A stretch of DNA of 64,000 bases from Callorhinchus milii (Eukaryota), in assembly GCF_018977255.1 (NCBI RefSeq), contig NW_024704742.1:51710001-51774000 (forward strand). The letters run 5' to 3'. Positions 37,272-51,299 of the stretch are shown one piece after another. Made by a program: the position numbers and the translations under genes. The notes beneath the pieces are model-generated. The model was not told the DNA's origin and did no database searches. It was given only the letters and a program-made list of their open reading frames with translations. Numbering within the stretch: position 1 is the first letter of the stretch; every line of letters starts with the position of its first letter.

Positions 37272-37611
37272 ACCATTTAAATTGTATGTTTTTCTGTTAT
37301 CAAATGGCTTTTATTCAATTTTTTTAACTTGATGCTTCATTTTATCTGTCAATGTTCTGCCATTTTTCACCACTCTGATTTTTCCGAGAATGACTTCTAG
37401 GATTGGGACATGCACTGGAATTTTCCCTGAATGAGTTCGGATTCACCTTTCCCCCCCTGGGCAGTGAACTTGCAATTAGGATTGGGAAACATTGTGATTC
37501 CATTTATCAATCATGAATTTAGCAACTTGCAAGAAATATGAATGTTCTTAGATACAATTAGTCCATGAAGTGGTGCAATTCAAGTCAATAGTGCCAGTGT
37601 TCTCACGTGAT

Positions 37612-37725
37612 TAGGAACATTTGCAGGGCTATAGGGTAAGAGTGGTTGAGTGGGACTAGTTGGTATCTCTTTCAAAGAGTTGGCATAGGCTGAATGGCCT
37701 CCTGTGCTGTAAACTTCTATGATTT
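37612..37725 (+). mobile_element. CR1-type 3' tail fragment
   Basis: gggctatagg...ggctgaatggcctcctgtgctgtaaacttctatgatt resembles CR1 3' ends (TTCTATGA terminal repeat). Confidence 0.6.
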
Positions 37726-40588
37726 GACATAGCATTCAATAAGTCACATGTGTTGTTTCACTAACTTTGTTTGTGTGAATGGTACTGCTTGTAAAATAGC
37801 TAGTTGTCCTCAACTAATAGAAAGCTACTTAATACATTGTCTTCAGTACAATTTCAAACCAATTCTCTTCAAGAATGGGCTGCTGGTTAAAGCCGGCTTC
37901 TAGTCAAATAGAACCACATTAGAGTTCCTGCAACCTTTCCCCCGCCCCACCCAAGAACACTCAATTTGTAAAAAATTCCAAAATATTTTTGGTTTTTCAA
38001 CAGGCTTTAGATGCATAGTTAAGGTATAGGTATCAGAAAATGCCTAGTGAATTTGCAGGAGTTACTGAATTAAGACGGAAGCCAATTTAACACACTTTAT
38101 TAAAATTAAGGCAGTCAGGGATTGATCACATTGGCATGGTAAATAACATCTTTGTACTCTAAATCATAGCCACTTCATTCATTGCATTAGTTCACTGTAT
38201 TTTCAGATACTTGTATTTCCACCAGTTCCTGAAAGTAAACTTGACCAGGTTTGATCTTCACAATTTTACACTTATTTTCCTCTGATGTTCACACCATTGC
38301 TATTTGCTGGGTACATATCTTGTTATATGACTTATGTCAGATCTGCATGATTCTTGAGTGGGAGAAGACTGTTGTGGAACTACGTGTATATACACTTGCT
38401 GTTGTGCCTTTAGGTTCTATTCATAAGGCAGTGATTATAGAAGACGAGTCTAGGATTATCAGTAACAGTGTTTCTTTTAGATATCTAGCTCCTGAGATTT
38501 TTTCACTGTTGTTGATATCCTCTGTAGTTGTACAGTTTGATTTGTGGGAAATGTAAAAGTAAATGGGTGCAGATGGCTTTGCCCAGGCTCACATCCTGGG
38601 GTTTAGTCGCTAGGTTCAACTGCCACTTGCACCTCTGCTTTCACAAATCAGTGATTTTTTTAAAGTTGAAAATGTAAAAAATAAATCTTGGAAATGTATA
38701 GCAGATTAATTAATCAAAACCTGAGGGGAGCATCATAATGTCAGACATGACTCTTTGTGAGGACTGAAGCAGTGGGCTGAACGTTGACTTAAAGATGAGC
38801 AGCAAAAAGGAGCAGCAAAAAGGAATCCACAAGTTTATCACATTACAAACTGTCTAGTCCAATGCAAAGTGGTATATAAAACAACCTGTCCAGCCTCTAG
38901 ACAAGAGAAACAGAATAAGATAAGTTACGTCTTAACTGAATAAAATTATACTATACTCAATCCCCTCATTTATCTGCAAATAATCACTGCCTATAATTTC
39001 AGATTGTTTGAATTGTGATAAGATGCCAGATCAAATAATAATTCTTGCATTTGATATTTCATCACATCTTCAAGACATCTTAAAGCACTTCACAGAATAT
39101 AGTGTAAAGTGAATTGATTGTATATTTTGTGGGTGAAATGCAAGAATTATTATTAATAATCAAGGTAGGACAGTGAAGAACACCACTGTAACTCAGTTTT
39201 GCTGCTCTTCTGTGAAGTGGGATTGCAAGGATGCAATGGCAGTTAGCTGCAACCGAAATGGTGGCTTGCAGAGGCTTCAACTGGCCTCAGATCAAACCAT
39301 TTTACCAAGGTTTGGGGGGAATTTTCATCCCTAAATCTGTATAATTAAAGGGTGATTTGGATTGTTCTGTTCACCAATCTGATGTTGCATTATTTCACTT
39401 CATCTTCTGACCTTGCTCTGACCCAGGCATCATGATCTACATCACTTAACTACTTTGTGGTGTTTACAATTATTCAGAAAGAGGGGAACAAAATGAGAGG
39501 GCTTAAATTAATGGATGACATTGGAGACTGAAATCATTGTAACTGAGGAATTAAAAAAAAAGCTTTGTTTCATGTGGTGAAGACAATACTTGTGTCTGGA
39601 GTATCACATGTGGTGTCAGCATTCCTGGCGCGTCTTAAGAAATGTCCAGCTGCACCATGAATTGAAGGCTCAAGAGCAATCTTAAGGAATGTTACAAAAG
39701 GGTTTTGCTGAAATCACTACAAACCCACATAAAAAAGCTACAATCTTACTTAGTAAAGTTCCAGTTAATTTAATAATCTGCTTACTCTTTCCTCTCAGTT
39801 TATCATCTGAACACTTCAATTGCACTATTCATTCCATTCTCTGCGAGAAACATCAGAAATCACCACAGTCTAACCCAATTCACCTGGTCTCTAAAATAAC
39901 CTAAATCTTTTGTTGATGAGTCTAATTTGATTACTATAAATGGAATTAACATATATTACAGAACACATTTCCCTGGTCTAAACTTCAGAAACCCTTCTGA
40001 AAATCTCTAATCTTATTTCAAATAACAGGCAGGTTGTCAGCTACTATACCTCAACTGAATAAAGCCGAGATTTTTTTAACCCTGCTTCACATGTAGGTGG
40101 AAGGTTTATGTTGATTTGGGACAGGAGTGACTTTTAGTGCACTATCTGATCAGCAGGTCTTAGGTAGTTCACAAAACTTCATCATGTTATTATTGCAGGA
40201 TTAATAAAAAAGAATCAATTGGTGCTGGGAAGACTTTAGGTCTAGTATATTTCTAAAATTAAATGTGCATAACATCTCTCTCTGTGATGAACAGTATTTT
40301 AAGCCTTCAAAACTTTTTAGTGCAATTTTACTGTTTGAGTGCCAGTCTCCAAGGCCAGATTAAAGAGACACAACGGATGATATAGAAACAATGGTTTGGG
40401 GACAATGATGCTTTAGCACATACTCTAACATTAAGTGCACCTCATTTTGCAAAGTATCCCAGTCATGGTCTTCATTAAATGCATTCCCAGCCAGCCATTT
40501 AGCCGCATCTCTTGAGTTTTGGTATTCAGACACTCCTGGTGGTATCTTACAGCTGGTTAATTCACATTTCCACACAGTGATAACCTTG

Positions 40589-40681
40589 CTATACACCAAT
40601 ATCAGGATGGAGTCGATCAGTTGCAAAGAGAAGCTGAACCACATCGAGTGGTTGGAGAAGCCTGGTGGACATCACAATTAC
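40589..40681 (-). CDS. SCFD2: SCFD2 terminal coding exon (VIVMSTRLLQPLDVVQLLFATDRLHPDIGV*)
   Basis: Acceptor gttgttccctgtag, stop TAG at 40591-40589. Matches the SCFD2 C-terminus LLFATDRLHPD.G. The 5' exons lie beyond the window end. Confidence 0.95.
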   Translation of the reverse strand, partial: VIVMSTRLLQPLDVVQLLFATDRLHPDIGV

Positions 40682-40999
40682 CTACAGGGAACAACATTTA
40701 AAAAGTTACCTCAGACTGTGGTCATCTAATAATTAATGAAACAACAGCAATTTACATTTCATTTTGAGAGGACGTTGCAAAGCGGTTCGCACAGTTGACA
40801 GGAAGCCTGAGTTGGGTGGAGGGAGGTGACTGAAAAAGTCTTTAAAAAGATAGGTTTAAGGTAGGGTTTGAAGGTGTGGAGAGAGGGAGGAGTGGGGCAA
40901 CATGATAGAGTTTACTGTTATGTCTTGTAAATTCACAGTGGACAATAGGAATAATAAATAATTATTTTGCGATGCTTGACAAACAATTCAACACAGTTA

Positions 41000-41400
41000 A
41001 GTCAGAGTGCAATCTCACCTTTGGATCAAAAGGCTGCAGGTTTAAAGTCCCACTTTGGGACTTGAGCTCAGTCTAGGTTGATGCTGCAGTGCAATGCTGG
41101 GGAAGGATTTATGCCATTTTTCAATGACACACCAAACTGAGGTGCTTTCTCCCTATTTGGGTGGGTTTAAACACTCTATGTCACTATTTGAAAAAGGGAG
41201 CTTCTCCTGTGTCCTAGCAAACAATCCCCAGATCAACTGGACATTCATCTCAGATGTTTGCAGCACTTTTCTGTTCATAAGCTGGTATTTACTGCGTAGG
41301 GTAGTGTCATAACTGCTATGTAAAACTGTCACTACACTGAACAGTAATTCCTTATGAAGTTTCTGAAACACTTTGAAACTTGAGGCACTTCAATATATTT
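41000..41400 (+). mobile_element. Diverged DeuSINE-type SINE
   Basis: Collinear with the reverse complement of 22927-23353 (atgtcactatttgaaaaagggagcttctcctgtgtcctagc). Confidence 0.6.
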
Positions 41401-44400
41401 GGAGTTCTCTATTTTTCTAGTATGGCGACGTGCACTGATAAGCAGACCAGACACTTTTATCAGGGATACTTTAGGAATAGTGTCACCACTGGTATTGCTT
41501 TGTTTACAATATCAAAACCACTAATACATTTACCAGTTTGTTTAATCCGGCTCTGTTTCCCATTGTTTTTTTGTTTGGAATGAGGAACAAACCCATTGGG
41601 TTTTAAACAGCTGTTGGAGGGCAAGGACAGTAAAGGGGATTAGGAGTTCCACAATTGTGTTTTATTATTATTATTAATAATCCTTACATTTGGTGTAGTG
41701 CCTTTCATGTCAGGAGGATGTCTAAAAGCACTTCAGTTTTTTTTTAAGATTTTGAAACTAGGACAAATTACTTGAAACCAACAGAGCAAGACAGCTGAAA
41801 TGAAGCCAGTAGATTTAGTCACTAACTCAGTGCTTAAGAGCCTTGCAATGATTCACCACTTAGATCCTTAAAAACTTTAATCGGTTTTCTCCAGTGTAAA
41901 CATTCTCAGTTTCCTTCATCTCTCTTCATGCATACTGCCTGCTATTAGTATTATTTTGCAAAAGAGGTTCTGTGGTGAGATTCCCTTTAATCATCATTTA
42001 GAGTCTACAACAGCAGATTCTCCACCAGAATTTGTAGCAAGGACCAGCAATACAAATGCCATAAACCAGAGTATGCATAGTGCTTGGTTACTATTAATAT
42101 CAATGATAATCCTTGGATTTGATGTAGTGTCTTATCATGTCTCAAGACATCTCAAAGTACTTCAAAGAATATACTGTAAAGTGAATTGACTAAATTTTGT
42201 GGGCGAAATGCAGCAGCCAATTGTGCACAGCAGTGTCCCACAAACAGTCGTGGATTGATGCTAAAAACACTTTGATCCAACCCATATTCAGTGCAAAGGA
42301 GAATTCAAGTCACAATAAGCTGAATAATGTGATCAACTTGTCAGTTGTTGTGCAGCTTTCCTTTTTCTTTTGTTTTTTATTGTAAGGCAACAAAATCAAA
42401 TTGGCTGAATCATTTCCATTTATTTCCTTTCCAATTACTTCAAAGGCAGGCTTGGGAAACACACAATATGGACACAAAATTATGTTATTGTTGATCACTC
42501 TCTGCTTCTTCTGGATAAGTGTAAGAAGGTGCAATGCTGTTGTACAATGCTGTCTTTAGAGTATAATATTCCCTGGATGGTAGTCATTTCCACTTACAGG
42601 GGATATGTGGGTGGAGGAGGAGGGAGAGAAATATAGCCTTGAGGTGTAAATTATTCTTTAAAATATTCGAGCACAGAGATACATAGAGAACAATGCTTAT
42701 TACTGACATTAATATGCTTTGCTGTGGTTTAATAAGAGCTGGAAATTAATTTAGGGCGTTAAAATTCCCAATTTGTTTGAATGAAATAAAGACATTCAAT
42801 TCATGCCTCACATGAATCACAGTGCATCACAGTGGTATCGTGTTACAAACTTTGAATAAAAAGGACAACGGTAGCTGGATCCTGAGGGCATAGATGTACG
42901 TGACCCAAGTGGTGCTTGCTGATCTTAAAACTGATTTCTGCAGGAGAAATGTTTTGAAGATCTCAGTTGTTCCAAAGATTTTGAGGCATGCTGCCCTACG
43001 GCGTGCCTTGTAATTTGAGGAAAGGCTAAACAAAGCCATCCCAACAGTACACTCTAGATAAACCTATAATTAGTTCAGCGGTTAATAAACACACTGACAA
43101 GTTCATCAATCTGAAAAAGTGCGGCTTACTACAGAATTGACTAATACATAGGATGTTTTTCAACAAAAATAATTTCCTTTGTTCATTGTATATAATTTGT
43201 ATTCCTTTTTTTAAATCAATTTCTTACAATTCTTGAATTGCTAAATGAAAGTCCTCAGCGATACCAGGTTTGGAAACAGAAGTACCCAATGTCCCAACTG
43301 GCTTGACATTAAAGCTTAAAATGTTTCTAAAATCATATTTGCCCCAAATTTCAAAAACATAAGGAAACTGGTATAAACCCAGAAATAAATAACACATAGC
43401 AATACTGCTGAAGCCTGTTTCTGCTTGTGTCGATCCTGTGAGAGCTGCACAGGAGCCTGTAAGCCTAGTAAATAGAGATGCCTGATCAGAGCCAGAGAGA
43501 GCCTGGTAGACATAGACGTGGATCGGGTAGGAAGAAATTCTGTGAGGCTGGTAGACAAAGACAGCTAGCTTTGAGAGAGGAGATGCTGCAAGGTTAAAGT
43601 TAGGGGCTGTGTTGGGCAACTGAGGCATCACTTGGTATGGATGAAGCTGAGGAGGTGCAGTGTCATAGAATTTGAACCTTGCATTGTACCTGAGAGGGAA
43701 GGGGGTGAAAGATGGATGATATAAAAGCTGTAAGCCAATCTACTGCCAGTCTCTTTCCCCAGAGACTGGATCAAAGGAGAACACTGCAAATCTCGAGAGA
43801 AAAAAGGCAGTCTGAGGCCAGATGGGGTATATTGTGGAGAGGGGGCCCTGGCTATTGAATGTGGGCACTGAGAGACTATGGAAGTGTGATACTGTTAGCC
43901 GGTGGGTACCATGAGGGGACAATGACCATGAATTAGGTGCCTGGACCTCTCTGGGACTGTGAGAGGCACTGAGTGCTGGCGTCCCTGCTAGGGCTCTGAA
44001 AGGGCAGTGAAGTTTTCCTCCTGTATATATAAACCAGTGATTGGTAAACAAAATCTGTCTACGTGTGTGCAGTGTCTATATTTTGTACAATCGGAAACAA
44101 CAACGACAAAGATAATATCTGCTAACTGGAGAGAAAGATAAGGAGAAGTTATGCTGGAGGGTGTCAGAGATTCTCATCGCCTCTCCACACATCATCCATA
44201 TTTGTTCAGCAAGTGATAGTTTAGCAAAACAGAATCTAAATAACTGGCATTTTTATTGAATAACTGAATAGATGAACTGTGTAAAAGTTGTTTTACTGAA
44301 TTTATAGTGTGGGGCAAAGGCATGGGGGGGATGGGACGGTGGGGAAAAGGACCAGTGTTGGTGTTTAGGATTGAATGTGATGTTCTAAGACAATTGAGAG

Positions 44401-46589
44401 CTCTGCTCAGTCACCACATTCTCATCAGTCAGCATTCTGCTTTATGTGTAATGTTACTGTGAGAACAGGAATGCAAGTGCACTGTCAAAACGTCCAGCTA
44501 CAATGTCTGAATTTTTCATTTGGGAATTGACCAAGGCATAAGATAGATATAGGATATATACAAAAAAACAGAAAGAAAGAACTTGCATCTTTAAACAGTA
44601 GTCTATTACCATTTTGCAACGTCTCATTGCACATCACAAGAAATTACCATCAGTACAGACTGTTTTTGTAGGCAAACGTGCAGCCAGCAAGTTTCCACAG
44701 ACATTGTGTCAGAAACTTGGCCTACTGTATGCTGAATTTAATATATTAATGTAACAGTCCCTGGGGTCAATCTTTACAACCTGAGATTCCGAGAATACAG
44801 ACAGAGAACAGAAAGGAAAATGGAATAAATAAGTCTGGTTCTGAGTATCTAAAAAAGGTGGAGTCTGAGCTGCAGTGTGTATTTAGTTTGCCATGTTGTT
44901 TTAGCTCTGTTTATTTAAATGCAGCCATTTATATAAAATACATTTACAAATCACAGATTTGTAGCCCAACAATTCCATTATTTACTCTACAGAAGAATGG
45001 TCAACACACCCTTCATCTGGAGTTTGAGAGGAGTATTAGGCTTAGTTATATAACCAGTTGTGTCCTTTTACTCTTTACAGTATTGCTGGTAAAGGCCCCT
45101 CTCAAAGGCTTTCTTGTGACTGCACATGATCCTGTTCCCTTCAAAAAAGAGACAATGGAGTATGTAAATACATGGAGAAAGCCAAGGCTAGTTAACATGA
45201 AGGCCATGCCCATAACAAAGGCAATGAAAAATGGGGAGACACGTCTTAACCTCCCTCAGCAAAACTACCAAGAGTTGAGTTAAATCTGCTATCTTGAGGA
45301 GGGGCAGGAATCAATTAGTTCTGTTGAAGAAACATGATTGTGAAATTCCAGAGTTACTAGTCTTATCCAATGAGTTCCCACTAGTTTATTTGGTGCCTTG
45401 TGAGCAGGAGGTTGATCCACAGCAGTGCGTGCTGTCACTGTTAATCATTTAGTGATCTAGGTTATATTCCTTTGCTTGTCCTTCAGGTCATCATCCAGTC
45501 TGGGCAATTTGATGTGATTTTGGGTCACCAGCTTAAATATTTTACATCAAATCGATCCAGTTATGGAGAATATCTGCTATAAGGAGCCGGAAGCTGGAAG
45601 TTTAATTCCTGTGGCACAATGAGTACAATATCTGTAATTTTACTCTTCACTTCTTCAAAAGCTTTAGCACTGTACCATACTCGTTGTGCTATTGAATCAA
45701 TTCCACAAGAGATCAGAGCAGATCGACACCCAACTAAAAATCTTTGCATTTTGTAGGTTCAATCCTGATTAAAGATTAAGCAAACGAATGAGTACATAAC
45801 AGAGATCTTGAAAGCCCAGCACAATACATTTCTGTTGTTGAGCTTGTTTTCTCTGATGAGACAGACATTAGGTAAAGATAAATGTGTTTGAAATCAATAT
45901 TCTATCAAATTGGCTATAGATTGCAGACTGAGAATTGGGAAAGTCTCTCCAATACACATTCTGCACTTCAGAGTCACCAGACATCGATAGAGAATAATGC
46001 AATCAATCCAAAACGAGTTCCTGTTGCTTATTATAAGACCATGACCATACTGTCAGTATTCAAATAAAAGTGAATTTTCAGATGAAATACAGAGAAACTG
46101 TTTCATGGATCACCAGTATACAGTGATCATTTCATAACAGTTAAAGCACTAATAATTTCACTAGAAGCATGTGTTAAGAGATCACACGCTGACCGGTTGT
46201 TAAGACAAGTTTCATTGTATCTTCAGCTGGCAAATTAAATATTGTCCCTTGAAGCTTCTAGTATGTTAAATGTCACTATCTTTTATGCTGAAGTATTTAG
46301 CACAAAAGTCTGTCAAACACTCGACAGAATGAGGAGCAGTAACACTATCGCTAATGCTTTTCAACCCTGTGTCACATTGAAGTCACGTAAGATGACTCCG
46401 GTTCAGGCTGGGCTTTATATATATCAATCTCTGTAGTATTGTGTCAGTAGATGTTGTAAATACTAGGCACCACAGAAGATGTTTAGAAAGGGTTGTTGTA
46501 GTTTAATGTGAGACTCATTTTAAGAAACGCTCAAGTAAGATGCACAGTGTTGATTTATCACATTATGCTGACATAGAAAAGCTATTTAC

Positions 46590-46709
46590 CTGGCAACTGG
46601 GCTTGTGCAATGAGACCAACTCCTTTATCATTCGAACCTCTGAGGCTGTGACCCCACCCACCACAAACAGGATTAGTAGAGGGTGGTCACTGGGGTGTGG
46701 ACGGCTCAC
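46590..46709 (-). CDS. SCFD2: SCFD2 penultimate exon (VSRPHPSDHPLLILFVVGGVTASEVRMIKELVSLHKPSCQ)
   Basis: Acceptor cctgacag, donor gtaaat. 120 nt, phase 0/0. Sec1/Munc18 C-terminal motif FVVGGVT.SE. Confidence 0.95.
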
Positions 46710-47129
46710 CTGTCAGGTCAACACACAACAGTAAAGTTTAGAGCGACTAGTCTTCCACAGGACATGTTACAGTTCCTTCTCAAGATATGACTTACAGTGT
46801 TGCAACAATGATATCTGTTATTTTTTAAGACGTTTGTGGGATTTCTCAGCGAGAGCCTAATTCACTGCACAGATGTTTGGATCCATTCTGCTGTAACGAG
46901 GATCTCAGTAACACTATCAGTTAAACAATACACAATACACAGTTGATGCAGATAACAACAACAAATTACATTTGTACAGAGCGGGAGTGCGTCCCAAAGT
47001 GCTGGAGAAAGATAAAAGATGAACACAAAAACAATCTGATGACAGGTGGCTGAACTAAATCTGTCATAGCATTTTCTGTGTCATTAGCAGTCTACACTTT
47101 TAAGATCACTCTTTTTTTCTTTGTGCTTC

Positions 47130-48160
47130 CACCCGGTCATCTGCGGGGTACCCCAAGGATCCATCCTTGGCCCACTTCTCTTCGTCATCTATATGCTCCC
47201 ACTCGGTGATGTCATTCGCAGACTTCCACGTGTATGCGGATGACACTCAACTCTACATTTCCACCGCCAGCTGCGGCCCCCCAGTCCCCTGATGTTCTGT
47301 CAGTTTGTCTGTCGGACATTAGGAGCTGGATGAGCGCAAATTTCCTGAGTTAAATGTCAACAAGACGGAAGCCATAAGGGTCCTGCCGACGTCTTCTGTC
47401 CCATGGTTCTAACCTCCTCAATCTACCTGACCTGTCCTTAAAACTCTGAACTCGTGCACAACTTAGGCATCAAGTTCAATCCCCAGTTATCCTTCCTCTC
47501 CCACATCTGGTCCCTAAACAACACTGCTTTCTTCCACTTCCGCCACATTGCCCGTCTCCGACAATACCTCACCCCAAAAGTTGCCGAAACCCTTGTCCAT
47601 GCCTTCGTCACCTCTCCGCTGGACTACTCTAATGTCTTCCTCTCCCCTCCTTCACTAATCACAAAATCTAACTCATTCAAAACTCTGCCGCCCGCATTCT
47701 CACCCGCACAAAACTTCATATCCTGATTACTCCAGTCCTTGCCAAACTCCACTGCCCTGTCACAGAGCGGATCGATTTCAAGATCCTCACTCTAGTGTTT
47801 AAATCCCTCCATTCCTTGGCAGCCCCCTATCTCTCCAACTTCCTCTCCCCCCACAGCAGTACCCACTGCCTCCGCTCTACTCGGTCCGGCTTCCTCTGAG
47901 TCCCCCGAATCCTCCGCTCCACCATTGGCAACCGTGCTTTCACCCACTACGCCCCGAAACTATGGAACTCCCTCCCTCAACTCCTTCACCTCGTTCCCTC
48001 CTTCCCCATTTTCAGGTCGCGCCTGAAGACCTTCCTTTTCGACCCTGCCTTCGGTCATCTTCCCCCTCCCCCTGGCTTGGCTTTGGGCTCCACCATTGTT
48101 AAGCACTCTGAGACGCTGCTCAGCGAGGAGGGCGCTATATAGTGCAAATTGTTGTTGTTG
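47130..48160 (+). mobile_element. 5'-truncated L2 LINE, decayed ORF2
   Basis: Motifs [20 protein letters not shown] and ETLVHAFVTSPLDYSN. (GTT)n tail. Confidence 0.92.
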
Positions 48161-50185
48161 ATAAGTCTATTAAAGAATAACAGTTAAGTAAAGTTAATAG
48201 TGAAAAGGAATGCAATAAAAAGTTGCTACAATATCCTAATAACTTTCCTTCATCGCTAAAAGGTTCAATGTTACATTACACTAAAAACTTCAACAAAGCC
48301 AATGCATTAAATACTTGGTGCAATCTATGTGTAAGGTTAGGATATGCTCCTGCTGAGAAAGCTGCAATAGTTGACTTTAAAGCTGTTGTTTTGCACACGT
48401 TGGCAAAAATATCCCACACACAGGAAATCCTGGTTGAATAGGTCAGTCTGGAAATCTCTTTCCATTGGGGCCAAAAAGGAAGGGGTTGATCAATGGGAGG
48501 AATGCAAAGTATAAATTCCTGAAATACCTAGTCACAACACACCTATTAAATTTAACTATTCAAAATGCAATTACACCAGTAATTCGATTTGTAATGAAGC
48601 CAGCCATTTAGTGCCCCCAATAGAGTGACCCAAAAGGGCACACAGTTATTTTGGAGCCGAGCGGCATACCAAGCCTCCCCTTCGCTTAATTGTAGCAGAC
48701 AGCCTTTTGTAACAACATTGCAGGTCAGTACTTCATCTTTTTGGAAACAGCAGCAGTCAGAACCAGACTGCTAAAGAACTCCATTGTTCACAAAATGACA
48801 AACTTGTTTAAAAAAATCCAGCTGACAAAAGGTATAAAAGAAATGTGGCGATCATAAAAGTTGTAGGATTATTTAAAGACAATAAATATAAAATGCGGAG
48901 ATATGAATGGATGAATATTGGCTGTTATTCATAGAAACTGTATCTGATAGCTAGGATTTTAAGCAGTTAAAAAATATTTATCCGTTCATCCAGCACCAGT
49001 CATGCAGTGCAGTATTTTAATTTCTGGCAGTCTCAGGCGTCCTGAGCCAACTGAGTCGCCAGCCCTCCAGGTACTGCGGATGAAAGACCAGCAGCCTGGA
49101 GGTGCAGATCAGTCTGTGAAGGCAGGGATTGTTCCCCTCAACTCCTGTGAACTCTGCAAGGCAAACTCCTAATGGGTAGGGTGGTCCAAACTGGACAAGC
49201 AGCAGGAAGCTTACCTCAATGGCAAGCTATGTGGTTTTAGTGCACGCTCTAGGACCCTCTGCCTTGACTTTTGCCAACCTGGATCTAATAAGTGCTCCTA
49301 GACACGACCCAAGTGAAGGGCACTATATAATTGCAAGTCGTATTTGATGTTGTTGTAATACTTTCTGGAATAGGTAAGCAGAATGCATCCCTCCAAGGAG
49401 AGAATGCGTATTCCATTTCCACACCCTGGGAAATTTTCGTCTTTAAGTCTCTGTGAAGGCTGTGACATTAAGGGCAGATTATTGAAATAATTTGGAATTC
49501 AGATCATTCTGGCAGTAGCATGTGCCACTGGGGTATAATTAAGGATATTGGCAAATCAGTAAATTGTATGTGTTATGTTTTGCAATTTCAGAATTTTTTC
49601 CAAATTTACTCTGGCAAATCGTGAATCCTAAGTCAGAAACGTTTGAAAAGAGGACAGGTAACCCAACGCCAGAGGGGAACGTGGCTGTTTTACTCACTGG
49701 CCTCTTTTCGGACTTTGCCGAATTAGGATACATAACTTTTTGTCTGCCACTGTCACAAAATTACAAGTTACAAAGCAGAAACAGCAATTTGTCCAATAAA
49801 TCCAGTTTACGAACATCTCAAATTCGACCCACTGTGAATATCTTTTTATACTTCAGTCTCAGTCGCACAAACAGCAATGAAGCCCTGAGTGAGAAGGCTT
49901 GTGGGTGTGAAGGGAAAGTTAAACAATTTGAAGATTTTGTTGCCAGTTTAATCCTGTCCTTCACCAAGTCCTAATGCCAGGTCTACTATGATATTCCTGT
50001 TTAAAGCAACTGTTGTAAAACAATAACAATGACATCTTACATTTACATAGCGCCCTTCATGCAGGGAAGAATCTCAGAGCACTTAACGATAGCGGAGCTT
50101 GATGCCAAGCCGGAGAGAGGATGAGGTAACTAGACACGGTTGAAAAGGAAAGGCTTTGGCATGACCTGAAGACTGGCAAGGAGGC

Positions 50186-51299
50186 CTCTCCAGTCTGATT
50201 TCCATGCTGCTCACAGTACTAAGACAGTGCACGTCAGTCACAAATGACATCCGCTCTCTCTAAATGACCAGGGATCCCTCTGCCTCCTTGTGCACCCTTT
50301 ACTCCAGGACCATTGCTGTCCAGACAGAATGTCTGTCAGACATCAAGTCCTGGATGAGAGTTAACTTTCTTCAGTTGAACGTCAACAAGACTGAGGCTCT
50401 TCTGATTGGCTCCCGTCAGCGCCTCCACACCTCAGGCGCTGACAGCATCACCATCCATGGTTGCACACTCCACCTTACTCAGTCAGTCTGGAACCTTGGC
50501 ATCTTGTTTGACACTCAACTATCCTTTCTACCCCGCATATGTGCCATACCCCGCTCTGCCTTCCCCCACCTCCGCAACATCCCCCGGCTCCTCCACTGTC
50601 TCACACCACAGGCCGCCGAAACCCTCACACACGCATTCATACCATCCAGGCTCGACTATGCAAACTCCTTGTTTGTCGGCCTCCCCAATTCCTTCCTCCA
50701 TAGACTGCAGATCATTCAGAACTCTGCAGCCGGTGTCCTCTCCTACACCAGGCTGATCCCATCCCAACTGTGATCCCATCACTTCCATACTTGCCCAACT
50801 CCACTGGCTTCCCATCACACAGAGGATACAGTTCAATATCCTGGTCCTCACCTTCAAAGTCCTCCATGGCCTTGCTCCCCCCTATCTCTGTGGAAGTTGA
50901 CCAATGTCTGCAGATGGCATCACTGAGTGGGAGTAGGTAAATGAGAAAAAGTAGGGGGCCAAAGATAGAGCCCATACCATCCTGCCCACTTCCTCCGCTC
51001 AGCAGGCTCCGGCCTGTTTCACGTACTCCGCTTCGCCTGCCCCACCATTGGTAGGTGGGCTTTCTGCCAATCTGCCCCCACCCTCTGAAACTCCATCCCG
51101 CAGTTCCTCCGCCTTGCCCCCTCCCTTGCCTTCTTCAAGACCCATGTCAAGACCCTCCTCTTCAACTATGCTTTCGATCACCCTGCTTCCTCCCCTGCCC
51201 TCCACCCTCCCGGACCCCGGGTCCAAAACACTCACTGTCCAGCGTTTTGGGGCATCCTCCCGACGTGAAAGGTGCTATAAAATTTAATTTTGTTGTTGT
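50186..51299 (+). mobile_element. 5'-truncated L2 LINE with an inverted 84-bp insert at 50889-50972
   Basis: Motifs CLSDIKSWMRVNFLQLNVNKTE and SRLDYAN. (TTG)n tail. Confidence 0.9.

Noticed and set aside
43224..43690. 135-aa minus-strand ORF with a nearby acceptor-like ttccctctcag, considered as an alternative SCFD2 last exon
   Set aside because: Splicing in phase 0 hits a stop after 8 codons and the peptide has no family similarity. The true last exon is at 40589-40681.
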